Positions 17,679 to 25,501 of a DNA stretch of 64,000 nt are shown here, piece after piece. The translations under genes were made by a program, and so were the position numbers. This DNA is from Gammaproteobacteria bacterium. GTDB lineage: Bacteria > Pseudomonadota > Gammaproteobacteria > Steroidobacterales > Rariloculaceae. Below the pieces are notes generated by a model. That model was given only the letters and a program-made list of their open reading frames with translations, was not told the origin of the DNA and did no database searches. The stretch is taken from the NCBI GenBank assembly GCA_963664945.1, contig OY761822.1, forward strand, positions 3,783,162 through 3,847,161, in the 5' to 3' direction. Position 1 is the stretch's first letter; each line of letters begins with the position of its first letter.

Positions 17679-17976
17679 ACACAAGTCAAAGGAACCGGCG
17701 CTGTCAGCCGGAGAAACCCCGCACAACCCCATCCACATCGACGCGGACACCTGCGTGAAATGCGACCTGTGCGACTGGATCTGTCCGGGCGACCTGATCT
17801 ACAAGAAGCCCGACGATCGCGAGACGTTGCCCGAAGTCCGCTACCCGGACGAGTGCTGGTACTGTGGTCTCTGCCAGTCCATCTGTCCCGTGGATGCGAT
17901 CACGATCTACTTTCCGAAGCAGATGATCCACTGCCGGACCGATGTGACGACCCTCCTGGGCCGAGTCGTCGAGTAG
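17668..17976 (+). CDS. 4Fe-4S dicluster ferredoxin, AprB-like N-terminal domain
   Basis: Start placed at ATG 17668 (MPAEHKSKE), overlapping the flavoprotein stop by 11 nt. CVKCDLCDWICPGDLI and PDECWYCGLCQSICPVDAI are colinear with AprB C..C..C..ICPNDLM / PDQCWECYSCVKICP. Confidence 0.8.
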   Translation: MPAEHKSKEPALSAGETPHNPIHIDADTCVKCDLCDWICPGDLIYKKPDDRETLPEVRYPDECWYCGLCQSICPVDAITIYFPKQMIHCRTDVTTLLGRVVE

Positions 17977-17998
17977 CGCGCCGCCGCCCTACCCGGTC

Positions 17999-19498
17999 AT
18001 GTTCGAGGCAATCGTCGCCGGACTCGCCGCGCTGGCCACGCCGCAGGCCGTGCTCTTCATGCTGATCGGCGTCAGCTACGGGCTTGTGATCGGCATCCTG
18101 CCGGGACTTGGCGGAATCGTTGCCCTGGCGCTGCTGCTGCCCTTTACCTATGGACACGAGTTGGCGGCGACGCTCGCTCTGCTGCTGGGCGCCCATATCG
18201 CGACGATCTGGGGAGGTTCGGTCACCAGCATCCTGTTCAAGGTGCCCGGCGCCGCCAAAAGCCTGGCCCTGGTCTTTGACGGCCACCCCATGACCCGGCA
18301 GGGACACGCCGCCCGCGCCCTGGGCGCATCGGCCATGGCGGCGCTGCTCGGCGGACTCATGGGCGCGGTATTCCTGGCCTTCACCATCCCCATCGTTCGC
18401 CCGGTGATGCTGGCGCTGGGTCCCAGCGAGTACCTGATGATGGCGCTGTGGGGGCTGACCATCATCGCCACCTTCAGCGAGGGATCCCTGCTCAAGGGCC
18501 TCGTCGCCACCTGCCTCGGCATCATGGTGGCCTTCGTCGGCATGGACCCGGTGAGCGGGACGCCCCGGTTCTGGTTCGGAAACGTCTACCTGCTCGACGG
18601 AATTTCCTTCCCGGTGGCCATGATCGGGCTGTTCGCCGTGGCCGAAATGATGACCCTCTACGTCAAGGGCGGGGCCATGGTGGACCGCGTCAGCGGCGAA
18701 CAACGCAGCACCGTGTTGGACGGCGTCAAGGACACTTTCAGGCACTGGGGCCTGGTGCTCCGATCCAGCCTGCTGGGCCTGTGGGTCGGCGTGCTGCCGG
18801 GCGTCGGCGCCAGCGTCGGCGGAATCGCAGCCTACGCACAGGCCGCGCAAACCTCCCGCACTCCGGAAAGATTCGGCAAGGGCGCCGTGGAGGGCGTCAT
18901 CGCCCCGGACGCGACCCTGGGCGCCAACGAAGGCGGCGGCCTGATGCCCACCCTGGCCTTCGGGATCCCGGGCGGCGAGAGCATGGCCATCCTGCTGGTC
19001 GCCTTTCTGGCCATGGGGATCGTCCCCGGACCGCGCATGCTCACAAGCGAACTGGATCTGGTGTTCAGCATGGTATGGATCGTGGTGATCGCCAACCTGT
19101 TGACGGCGCTGATCGGACTGGCCATTTCATCGCGCCTGGCACGCCTTCCCGCGCTGAATCCCAACGTGATGATCCCCCTGGTGCTGTCGGTTTGCCTGCT
19201 CGGCGCGTTCGCCACGAGGGGGCTGATCGAGGACGTCGTCGTCGCCGCGGCGTTCGGCGTCATCGGCTACCTGATGAACAAGTACCGCTACTCCAGGGCC
19301 AACTTCGTGATCGGCATGGTGCTGGCGGAGATGATCGAGCGGAATCTGCACATCTCGCTGGGCCTGTACGGCGAATTCTTCCTGTTCACCCGTCCGATAA
19401 CGGCCGCCATGCTGGCGTTCATCGTCGTGACGACAGTCCTGCCCTTCGTGCGCCGGTATCGCCGTAGCAGGGCCGCAGCCGCGGGAGACGGCACGTGA
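17999..19498 (+). CDS. tctA: tripartite tricarboxylate transporter permease, large subunit
   Basis: About 12-TM protein. MFEAIVAGLAALATPQAVLFMLIGVSYGLVIGILPGLGG and GIPGGESMAILL are typical of the TctA family. Confidence 0.9.
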   Translation: MFEAIVAGLAALATPQAVLFMLIGVSYGLVIGILPGLGGIVALALLLPFTYGHELAATLALLLGAHIATIWGGSVTSILFKVPGAAKSLALVFDGHPMTRQGHAARALGASAMAALLGGLMGAVFLAFTIPIVRPVMLALGPSEYLMMALWGLTIIATFSEGSLLKGLVATCLGIMVAFVGMDPVSGTPRFWFGNVYLLDGISFPVAMIGLFAVAEMMTLYVKGGAMVDRVSGEQRSTVLDGVKDTFRHWGLVLRSSLLGLWVGVLPGVGASVGGIAAYAQAAQTSRTPERFGKGAVEGVIAPDATLGANEGGGLMPTLAFGIPGGESMAILLVAFLAMGIVPGPRMLTSELDLVFSMVWIVVIANLLTALIGLAISSRLARLPALNPNVMIPLVLSVCLLGAFATRGLIEDVVVAAAFGVIGYLMNKYRYSRANFVIGMVLAEMIERNLHISLGLYGEFFLFTRPITAAMLAFIVVTTVLPFVRRYRRSRAAAAGDGT

Positions 19499-20043
19499 GC
19501 CGCAGAACCCAGGAAAACGTGATCGCGGGCCTGCTCGTGGCGTTATTTGCCGTGTATCTGCTCATGACGCTGAACCTCGGCCCGAACGCCCGGCTCGTTC
19601 CCGTACCGATCGCCCTGCTGGGGCTCGGTTTTCTGCTGGTCCAGATCGTGAACCAGAACCGGAGCGACGGCAGGGAATTTCAGCTCGACCTGCTTGCGTC
19701 ACTGACGGCCGGCGTCGCTTCAAACGACCGGGACGGGGACGGGGACGGGGACGGGGAAGTATCGGGCGATTCGAACCCCGGCGACACGCCCGCGGCTTTT
19801 TCCCGTGAATTGCAGGCCGCCGGCTTTCTGGCCGCGTTCATCGGCCTGATTCTTCTTCTGGGGCCCATTGCCGCCGTGTTCCTGTTCACGTCGGGTTACT
19901 TCATCGTGACGCGCCATTTCGCGCCACTGAAGGCCGTCACCGTCGCCGGCCTGTGTACGCTGGCGCTATACCTGCTGTTCGCGGTCGGACTGCGGTTGCA
20001 GATGTATCACGGCGTGCTCGCACCGTTTTTCGAACCCGGTTGA
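19495..20043 (+). CDS. tctB: tripartite tricarboxylate transporter small membrane subunit
   Basis: 4-nt overlap with tctA. Four predicted TM segments at the size and position of TctB. The central loop carries an Asp-Gly repeat. Confidence 0.75.
   Translation: MSRRTQENVIAGLLVALFAVYLLMTLNLGPNARLVPVPIALLGLGFLLVQIVNQNRSDGREFQLDLLASLTAGVASNDRDGDGDGDGEVSGDSNPGDTPAAFSRELQAAGFLAAFIGLILLLGPIAAVFLFTSGYFIVTRHFAPLKAVTVAGLCTLALYLLFAVGLRLQMYHGVLAPFFEPG
19726..19755 (+). repeat. hexanucleotide microsatellite, GACSGG x5, in frame in the tctB loop
   Basis: gaccgg gacggg gacggg gacggg gacggg encodes DRDGDGDGDG. Confidence 0.9.
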
Positions 20044-20063
20044 CCCGAAGCTATAATCGGCGC

Positions 20064-21068
20064 ATGCGTTTCCCCCTGCTTGCCCTTGCGGTGACTCTCG
20101 CGGTCACCGCCGTCGCCGGCGGCGACACCGCCCACGCGGCCGGCGTGCGCGGCGAGATCGTCACCCTGCTGAGCCCCAACAGCGCCGGCGGCATGATGAC
20201 CCGCTATGCCCGCATGATCGCGCCCTACATCGCCAGCCACGCCGGGGCCCGGGACGTGCGCGTGCGCATCATGACCGGAGGCGGGGGAATCCGGGGGGCC
20301 AATGCGCTGTGGTACGCCGAACCGGACGGCAGCACCATCGCCTTCACCAGCGTCACCACGCTGATCCTGTCCCAGCTTGCCGGCAGCGAAGCCGTCAGGT
20401 TCGACGCCACCCGCTTCGTCTACCTCGGCCGTGCCGCCACGGAACCGCGCGTGCTCACCGTCGGTGCGGGCTCCGGCATCTTGAGCGTGGACGATGCGCG
20501 GGCGCTTGGCCGACCGTTCGTGTTTCCGTCCCAGGGGACGGACGAGGATTTCTATTCCATGGCCGTGCTGGCGGACGTGCTGGACATCCCCTTGAAGGTC
20601 ATCAGCGGGTACGACGGCAATGCCGACACGGCGCTTGCCGTGATCAGGGGCGACGGCGACGGTCACATTACCGGCTGGTCGGCATCCCGGGCCGTGATCG
20701 AAGCCGGCGACGAAGTGCCGATTCTTACCCTTGGCCAGGAACGCTTCCCGGCCTGGCCCGCTGTCCCGACGGCTCTGGAAGTGGTGGACGGCGCCTCCAG
20801 AGACGCCGTGCAGGCGATCGTCAACATGCTGGACATGCGCCGCGGGTTTTTCGGCCCTCCGGGTCTGGATCCAGAGGCAACGGCGGAACTGCGCGCGGCG
20901 ATCGGCGCGGCCCTTGAGGACCCGCAACTCGTGGCCGAGTCTGTCGCGCAGGGGCTACCGCTGCAACCCTCTCCCGGCGAGGCGGAACAGATCAAGATCG
21001 AGCAGATCACCGAAGCCAGTCAGCACCTGGCGCCGATGCTGCGCGCGGCGCTGGAATCCATTCGTTAG
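20064..21068 (+). CDS. tctC: tripartite tricarboxylate transporter substrate-binding protein (Bug/TctC family)
   Basis: Start moved to ATG 20064 (MRFPLLALAVTLAVTAVAGGDTAHA signal peptide). Size, position after tctAB and periplasmic-binding-protein-like sequence all fit. Confidence 0.75.
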   Translation: MRFPLLALAVTLAVTAVAGGDTAHAAGVRGEIVTLLSPNSAGGMMTRYARMIAPYIASHAGARDVRVRIMTGGGGIRGANALWYAEPDGSTIAFTSVTTLILSQLAGSEAVRFDATRFVYLGRAATEPRVLTVGAGSGILSVDDARALGRPFVFPSQGTDEDFYSMAVLADVLDIPLKVISGYDGNADTALAVIRGDGDGHITGWSASRAVIEAGDEVPILTLGQERFPAWPAVPTALEVVDGASRDAVQAIVNMLDMRRGFFGPPGLDPEATAELRAAIGAALEDPQLVAESVAQGLPLQPSPGEAEQIKIEQITEASQHLAPMLRAALESIR

Positions 21069-21110
21069 GGCTGCGTCGACCCGATCATTGCGCATCCGGT
21101 TGATGCGGCG

Positions 21111-21827
21111 TTAGCAGGATTCGCGGCGGACCTGCCCCGCCGGCGCGTCGGCGGGTTCCATCCGCAAGAGCGGTGTACCGGATCGTTCGAATTCGTCGAA
21201 AATTCTCACGAGCCTGCCGACGAAATGAGCGTCGCCGAATCGCGCGGCCGCGTCGGTGCAATTGCCGTCGAACTCGATTCGCGCCGCCTCGCTGTCCATG
21301 ATCAGGAAGTGGTACGGGAACTCCGTCCACTCGCCGGGGTCGCCGCGCGATACGCATACCGTTCCCCTGATTCCCCCGGCTTCCGCAATGGCCGCCAACA
21401 GCGGATGCGAGTCGATGGGCAGCCCGGGGTCCACATCCGGTTCGCCCAGGATGACGATCGAAAGGCGGGAATCTTCCCTGCGCAGGAATTCGATCGCGGA
21501 CCTGACGATTTCAGGATCGGCGTACGCGCGCCGGGATCCGACCGATCGCGAGAGTCGGCCCGTATAGATCCTGACGTTCCTGCGGGCGCACGAAAAGAAC
21601 TTGTTCAGGAGGTAGACGGTATGGGCTGGCTCGCAGTTCCTGATTTTTCTGTTTGCCTTGTACCTGAGGGCGTCGTCGATGAGCCTGTAGTACGCCCGGT
21701 CCGCTTCTGTCGCGGATTCTTTCGGCACTGGGCCGAGGCCTGCCGCATACCTACCCAGCGCCATTGCGGCTTCAGTGCGCATCGAGTTCAGAAGGAAGAG
21801 CAACAACATGACTTCACGCGCCCTCAT
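21111..21827 (-). CDS. hypothetical protein (start uncertain: 21827, 21782 or 21764)
   Basis: High GC3 throughout. No family recognised. Motifs HTVYLLNKFFSCARRNVRIYTGRLS and FPYHFLIMDSEAARIEFDGN look vaguely like a PLD-type fold but lack the HxK lysine. The upstream part of track ORF 21111..22319 looks non-coding. Confidence 0.55.
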   Translation of the reverse strand: MRAREVMLLLFLLNSMRTEAAMALGRYAAGLGPVPKESATEADRAYYRLIDDALRYKANRKIRNCEPAHTVYLLNKFFSCARRNVRIYTGRLSRSVGSRRAYADPEIVRSAIEFLRREDSRLSIVILGEPDVDPGLPIDSHPLLAAIAEAGGIRGTVCVSRGDPGEWTEFPYHFLIMDSEAARIEFDGNCTDAAARFGDAHFVGRLVRIFDEFERSGTPLLRMEPADAPAGQVRRESC

Positions 21828-21958
21828 CGTGGATGAAATGCCCCGCAAAGGAGGCTGCCGGGACGAAGAATCGCCTGCGCCGCCCCCGCGGTCCAGCGCC
21901 AAACCTGCCCGAAACGGCCAGATTCCGGTCCGGACCGCCGCCGCCGGCCGGGAGGGCG

Positions 21959-22306
21959 CTACGACCGGGCAGGGCCGTCCCTGAAAGCGCGGTCGGCCTT
22001 TGCGGCGAAGAAGAAGTCGCTCTCGGTGAGGCCCTGGATCTTGTGGGTCCAGATTTCCACCACGCAGCGGGCCCAGGCGATGTGCAGGTCCGGGTGGTGA
22101 TTCTCGTCCTCGGCGATTTCCGTCACGCGGTTGGCGAAATCCATCGCCTCGACAAAGTTGCCGAAGCCGTACTGGCGCTCCAGATGGCCCGCATCGTTCA
22201 ATGCCCAGCCCTTGTCCAGTCCGGCTAGCATTTCCCTGGCGCGATCGAGTTCCATCGGCGGCACGCCGCCCCGGCAGGGAATGCACTTTCTGTCGGCAAG
22301 TTCCAT
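21959..22306 (-). CDS. phhB: pterin-4-alpha-carbinolamine dehydratase
   Basis: Only the last 115 aa of track ORF 21959..23104 are credible: MELADRKCIPCRGG...WALNDAGHLERQYGFGNFVEAMDFANRVTEIAEDENHHPDLHIAWARCVVEIWTHKI (PCD/DCoH signature). Confidence 0.88.
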   Translation of the reverse strand: MELADRKCIPCRGGVPPMELDRAREMLAGLDKGWALNDAGHLERQYGFGNFVEAMDFANRVTEIAEDENHHPDLHIAWARCVVEIWTHKIQGLTESDFFFAAKADRAFRDGPARS

Positions 22307-22375
22307 CGCGAGTCCACAAGCCAAATCGAGTTTCCGCCGGCGCCGCTGCACAACCACGCCTCCGAGCGCCTCATA

Positions 22376-23053
22376 ATGCCGGAACGGTGGTCGCAGCACC
22401 AGACCACGGAGACCACGGAGACCACGGAGACCGAATTGAGCCAGGCGGACAGGGACAAGTGGAACGCCCGTTATGCCGGCGGCGCCTACGGGACGCTGAC
22501 GCGCCCGAGTGCGCTGCTGGCGCGGTGGCTCGGCCACCTCGGTGTGCCCGGCCCGGCGCCCCGGGCCGTCGACATCGCCGGCGGGCGAGGTCGAAACGCG
22601 CTCTTCCTGGCCCGGCGGGGTTGGCGGGTGGACGCCGTCGACATTTCCCGGGTTGCTCTTGAGCACCTGCGGGCTGCAGCGTATGCGGAGGGTCTGCCCG
22701 TGCGGTGCGCGGAGCGGGACCTGGAACCGACTTCGAGCGGGCTGGACGCGTTCGAGGGTCCGCGATACGACCTGGCCCTGATGATCCGCTACACCGACAC
22801 ACCGCTGGTCGAAGCGCTGCCCCGCATCCTTGCCCCCGGCGGCCACCTCATCGCCGAAATGCACCTGCAAACCGACGCGGCGGTCGCCGGCCCGCGCAGC
22901 CCCCGCTTTCGCGTCGCGGCCGGCGAACTTCGGAAAGCCGGAACCGCTCTCGAACTGCTCTACTACCACGAAGGTCTCGTGACCGATCCGGACGGACGGA
23001 CCGTGGCCCTTGCGCAACTGGTGGGCCGGCAGCCCCGCACACCCGCCGGATAG
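22376..23053 (+). CDS. class I SAM-dependent methyltransferase (TehB-like)
   Basis: WNARYAGG, then motif I AVDIAGGRGRNALFLARRGWRVDAVDIS, then PGGHLIAE. The N-terminus contains a 9-nt tandem repeat. Confidence 0.8.
   Translation: MPERWSQHQTTETTETTETELSQADRDKWNARYAGGAYGTLTRPSALLARWLGHLGVPGPAPRAVDIAGGRGRNALFLARRGWRVDAVDISRVALEHLRAAAYAEGLPVRCAERDLEPTSSGLDAFEGPRYDLALMIRYTDTPLVEALPRILAPGGHLIAEMHLQTDAAVAGPRSPRFRVAAGELRKAGTALELLYYHEGLVTDPDGRTVALAQLVGRQPRTPAG
22403..22431 (+). repeat. 9-nt tandem repeat (accacggag) x3.2 in the 5' end of the methyltransferase ORF
   Basis: acc acg gag x3 followed by acc ga, encoding TTE TTE TTE T. Confidence 0.9.
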
Positions 23054-23175
23054 GACCGCGGTTCCGGCGCGGCGGCGAGTCCTGGACCAATCGAAGCCGC
23101 CCACAGCCCACGGGCCGCCGCGGCGCCGCCAAGACGCTGCAAGGTGCTGCCAAGGTGCTTGCCAACGCGAACGAC

Positions 23176-24264
23176 TTACGGGATGTAGCGCCGTTGCCAG
23201 CGAGATCCGAGCCCGGTCAGGACTTCGTAACCGATGGTGCCGGCCGCGCGGGCAAGATCGTCGAGAGGCACGTTCCGGCCAAGCAATTCAACCGGATCGC
23301 CGGGCTGCGACGCTCCCGGTGCGAGCCCGCTCATGTCAAGCGTGATGAGGTCCATGGAAACCCGGCCCACGACCGGGACCTCGGTTCCGGCGACGAAGGC
23401 GCCGCCGCGGTTGCCGAGCGCGCGCGGATAGCCGTCCGCATAGCCGACGCCCACAGTTGCGAGCCGGGCGCCCGGCCGCACGGACCGGGTCGCGCCGTAA
23501 CCGACCGTTTGCTGCCGCTCGACGGTCCTCGTTTGCAGCACGATGCCCTCCAGCGTGACCACCGATTCCATGGGGCTGTCGGCATTCGCAAACGGGCTGC
23601 CGCCGTACAGCGCGATGCCGGGACGCACGAGGTCGCCGTGGAATTCGGGACCGAGCAATATCCCCGCCGATCCGCCGATCGACGTTTCAACCTCGGGCAA
23701 TGACTCGAGCAAATCGGCAAAGTCCCGGACTTGCCGGGCGTTCATGGGATGAGACGGCACGTCCGCGCAGGCCAGGTGCGTGAGCGCGTACCGCAGTTCC
23801 ACCCCTTCCAGCAAGCGGCTCCGGCCGACTTCGCGCACCTCCGCGTCCGTCAGCCCGAGCCGCGACATGCCCGTATCCAGGTGGAGCGCCGCGGGCTGGC
23901 CCGGGCCTGCCGTTCGCCAGCGCCGGATTTGCTCGATGGAGTTCAGAACGGGGATCAGGTTCGCGTTGACGAGGCCGGCGGCGCTGCCCTCCCGCACGCC
24001 CTCGAATACGAATATTCGCGCCCCTGGCAGCAGGCCGCGCAACTCGATTCCCTCCCCCGCCGTGGCCACGAAGAAATGGCGGCATCCTTCGTCCCACAAG
24101 CGCCTCGCCACCGGCCCGACGCCCAGGCCGTAGGCATTGGCCTTGACCACGGCGCCACAGGCAGCCCGGGACGCCGCTTCGCGCAGGGCGCGGTAGTTTC
24201 TCGCCAACGCGTCCAGATCGACTGTCAGGACGCCCGGCGACAACGATTCGGTTTCGGCCGCCAC
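23176..24264 (-). CDS. alr: alanine racemase
   Basis: LTVDLDALARNYRALRE, PLP-lysine region AVVKANAYGLG, C-terminal YEVLTGLGSR. Confidence 0.9.
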   Translation of the reverse strand: MAAETESLSPGVLTVDLDALARNYRALREAASRAACGAVVKANAYGLGVGPVARRLWDEGCRHFFVATAGEGIELRGLLPGARIFVFEGVREGSAAGLVNANLIPVLNSIEQIRRWRTAGPGQPAALHLDTGMSRLGLTDAEVREVGRSRLLEGVELRYALTHLACADVPSHPMNARQVRDFADLLESLPEVETSIGGSAGILLGPEFHGDLVRPGIALYGGSPFANADSPMESVVTLEGIVLQTRTVERQQTVGYGATRSVRPGARLATVGVGYADGYPRALGNRGGAFVAGTEVPVVGRVSMDLITLDMSGLAPGASQPGDPVELLGRNVPLDDLARAAGTIGYEVLTGLGSRWQRRYIP

Positions 24265-24356
24265 GAAATTCAGGCTACCATACGCGCACCACTACCCCAC
24301 CCAAGCCAAGCCGGCCCGACCCAACTCCGGAATGGTCCCTGCGGAACCCGCGAACC

Positions 24357-25349
24357 ATGTCAGAACGATTCAGCGCACTGCGCATACACCGAACAGACGG
24401 CGCCGTAAGGAGCGAATTGGAGGAACTCTCCGTTGACGATCTCTCCCCGGGAAACACACTGATTCGCGTCCAGTACAGCAGCATCAACTACAAGGACGCC
24501 CTGGCCGCCACCGGCGCCGCGCCCATCGTGCGGCGGTTTCCGCTGGTGGGCGGCATCGACCTGGCCGGCGAGGTGGTTGAATGCGCCGACGGGCAATGCC
24601 GCCCGGGCGACAAGGTCGCCGTGCTTGGCGGCGGCCTCGGAGAAACGCGGGATGGCGGCTATGCCCGATTTGCCCGAGTCGAGAGCGGCCGCGTGGTGCG
24701 CCTGCCCGATGGAGTCGACACCCGGCGCGCGATGGAGATCGGCACGGCGGGCTTCACCGCGGCGCTCGCCGTGCACCGCCTGGAACGCAACGGCCAACGG
24801 CCCGAACTCGGTCCCATGGCCGTGACCGGCGCCACCGGCGGCGTCGGCGCCATCGCCATCGACCTGCTGGCGGGACGCGGCTACGAAGTGACCGCGGTGA
24901 CCGGCAAACCCGACGGGCAGACGGCGTTTCTGCAACGCCTGGGGGCGGGCGAAATCCTCGACCGCCGGAATATCGAGCCGGTGGTCAAGCCCCTTGGGCG
25001 CGGCATGTGGGGGGGCGCCGTGGACAATCTCGGGGGTGAAATCCTCGGTTGGCTGACCCGCACGGTCCGCCCCTGGGGAAATATCGCCAGCATCGGCCTG
25101 GCGTCCGGCGCCGGGCTCTCCACCACTGTCATGCCGTTTATCCTGCGCAATGTCAGCCTGATCGGGGTCAACATGGAGGTGGAGCCGCAATTGCGCAGCC
25201 GCATCTGGGAGCGGCTGGCCACCGACCTGCGCCCGCGACGCCTGGACATCATCGCAACCCGTGAAGTGACCTTGGCCGAACTGCCCTCCTGTTTCGATGG
25301 ATTCATGGCGGGCGCGATCACCGGCCGCACGGTGGTCAGGATCGATTGA
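24357..25349 (+). CDS. yhdH: YhdH/YhfP-family NADPH:quinone oxidoreductase (acrylyl-CoA reductase AcuI-like)
   Basis: VQYSSINYKDALAATGAAPIVRRFPLVGGIDLAGEVV and MAVTGATGGVGAIAIDLL are diagnostic of the YhdH/AcuI MDR subfamily. Confidence 0.88.
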   Translation: MSERFSALRIHRTDGAVRSELEELSVDDLSPGNTLIRVQYSSINYKDALAATGAAPIVRRFPLVGGIDLAGEVVECADGQCRPGDKVAVLGGGLGETRDGGYARFARVESGRVVRLPDGVDTRRAMEIGTAGFTAALAVHRLERNGQRPELGPMAVTGATGGVGAIAIDLLAGRGYEVTAVTGKPDGQTAFLQRLGAGEILDRRNIEPVVKPLGRGMWGGAVDNLGGEILGWLTRTVRPWGNIASIGLASGAGLSTTVMPFILRNVSLIGVNMEVEPQLRSRIWERLATDLRPRRLDIIATREVTLAELPSCFDGFMAGAITGRTVVRID

Positions 25350-25501
25350 TCCCCGCGGGGATGCGCCCCTTGCGCGGTTGCGACCTCGGGTTCCGGTGGA
25401 TGGTCACCGGCGATTTCCGGCGTGCCGTGCGCGGTTGCGTCCCGTGTGCGGCTGCGGGATGATTGGGGCAAGTTCGGCGACCGGTTCCACAGGGGGACGT
25501 A

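Noticed and set aside
17517-22431. Tandem repeats (24-nt, 6-nt, 9-nt; also 23-bp and 17-bp intergenic duplications) as possible CRISPR arrays
   Set aside because: The units are contiguous with no unique spacers, have 2-5 copies only, and are mostly in frame within genes. No cas genes are present.
21959-23104. 381-aa minus-strand ORF spanning phhB and the region antisense to the methyltransferase
   Set aside because: Only the last 115 aa match pterin-4a-carbinolamine dehydratase. The upstream 266 aa are antisense to a well-supported SAM methyltransferase.
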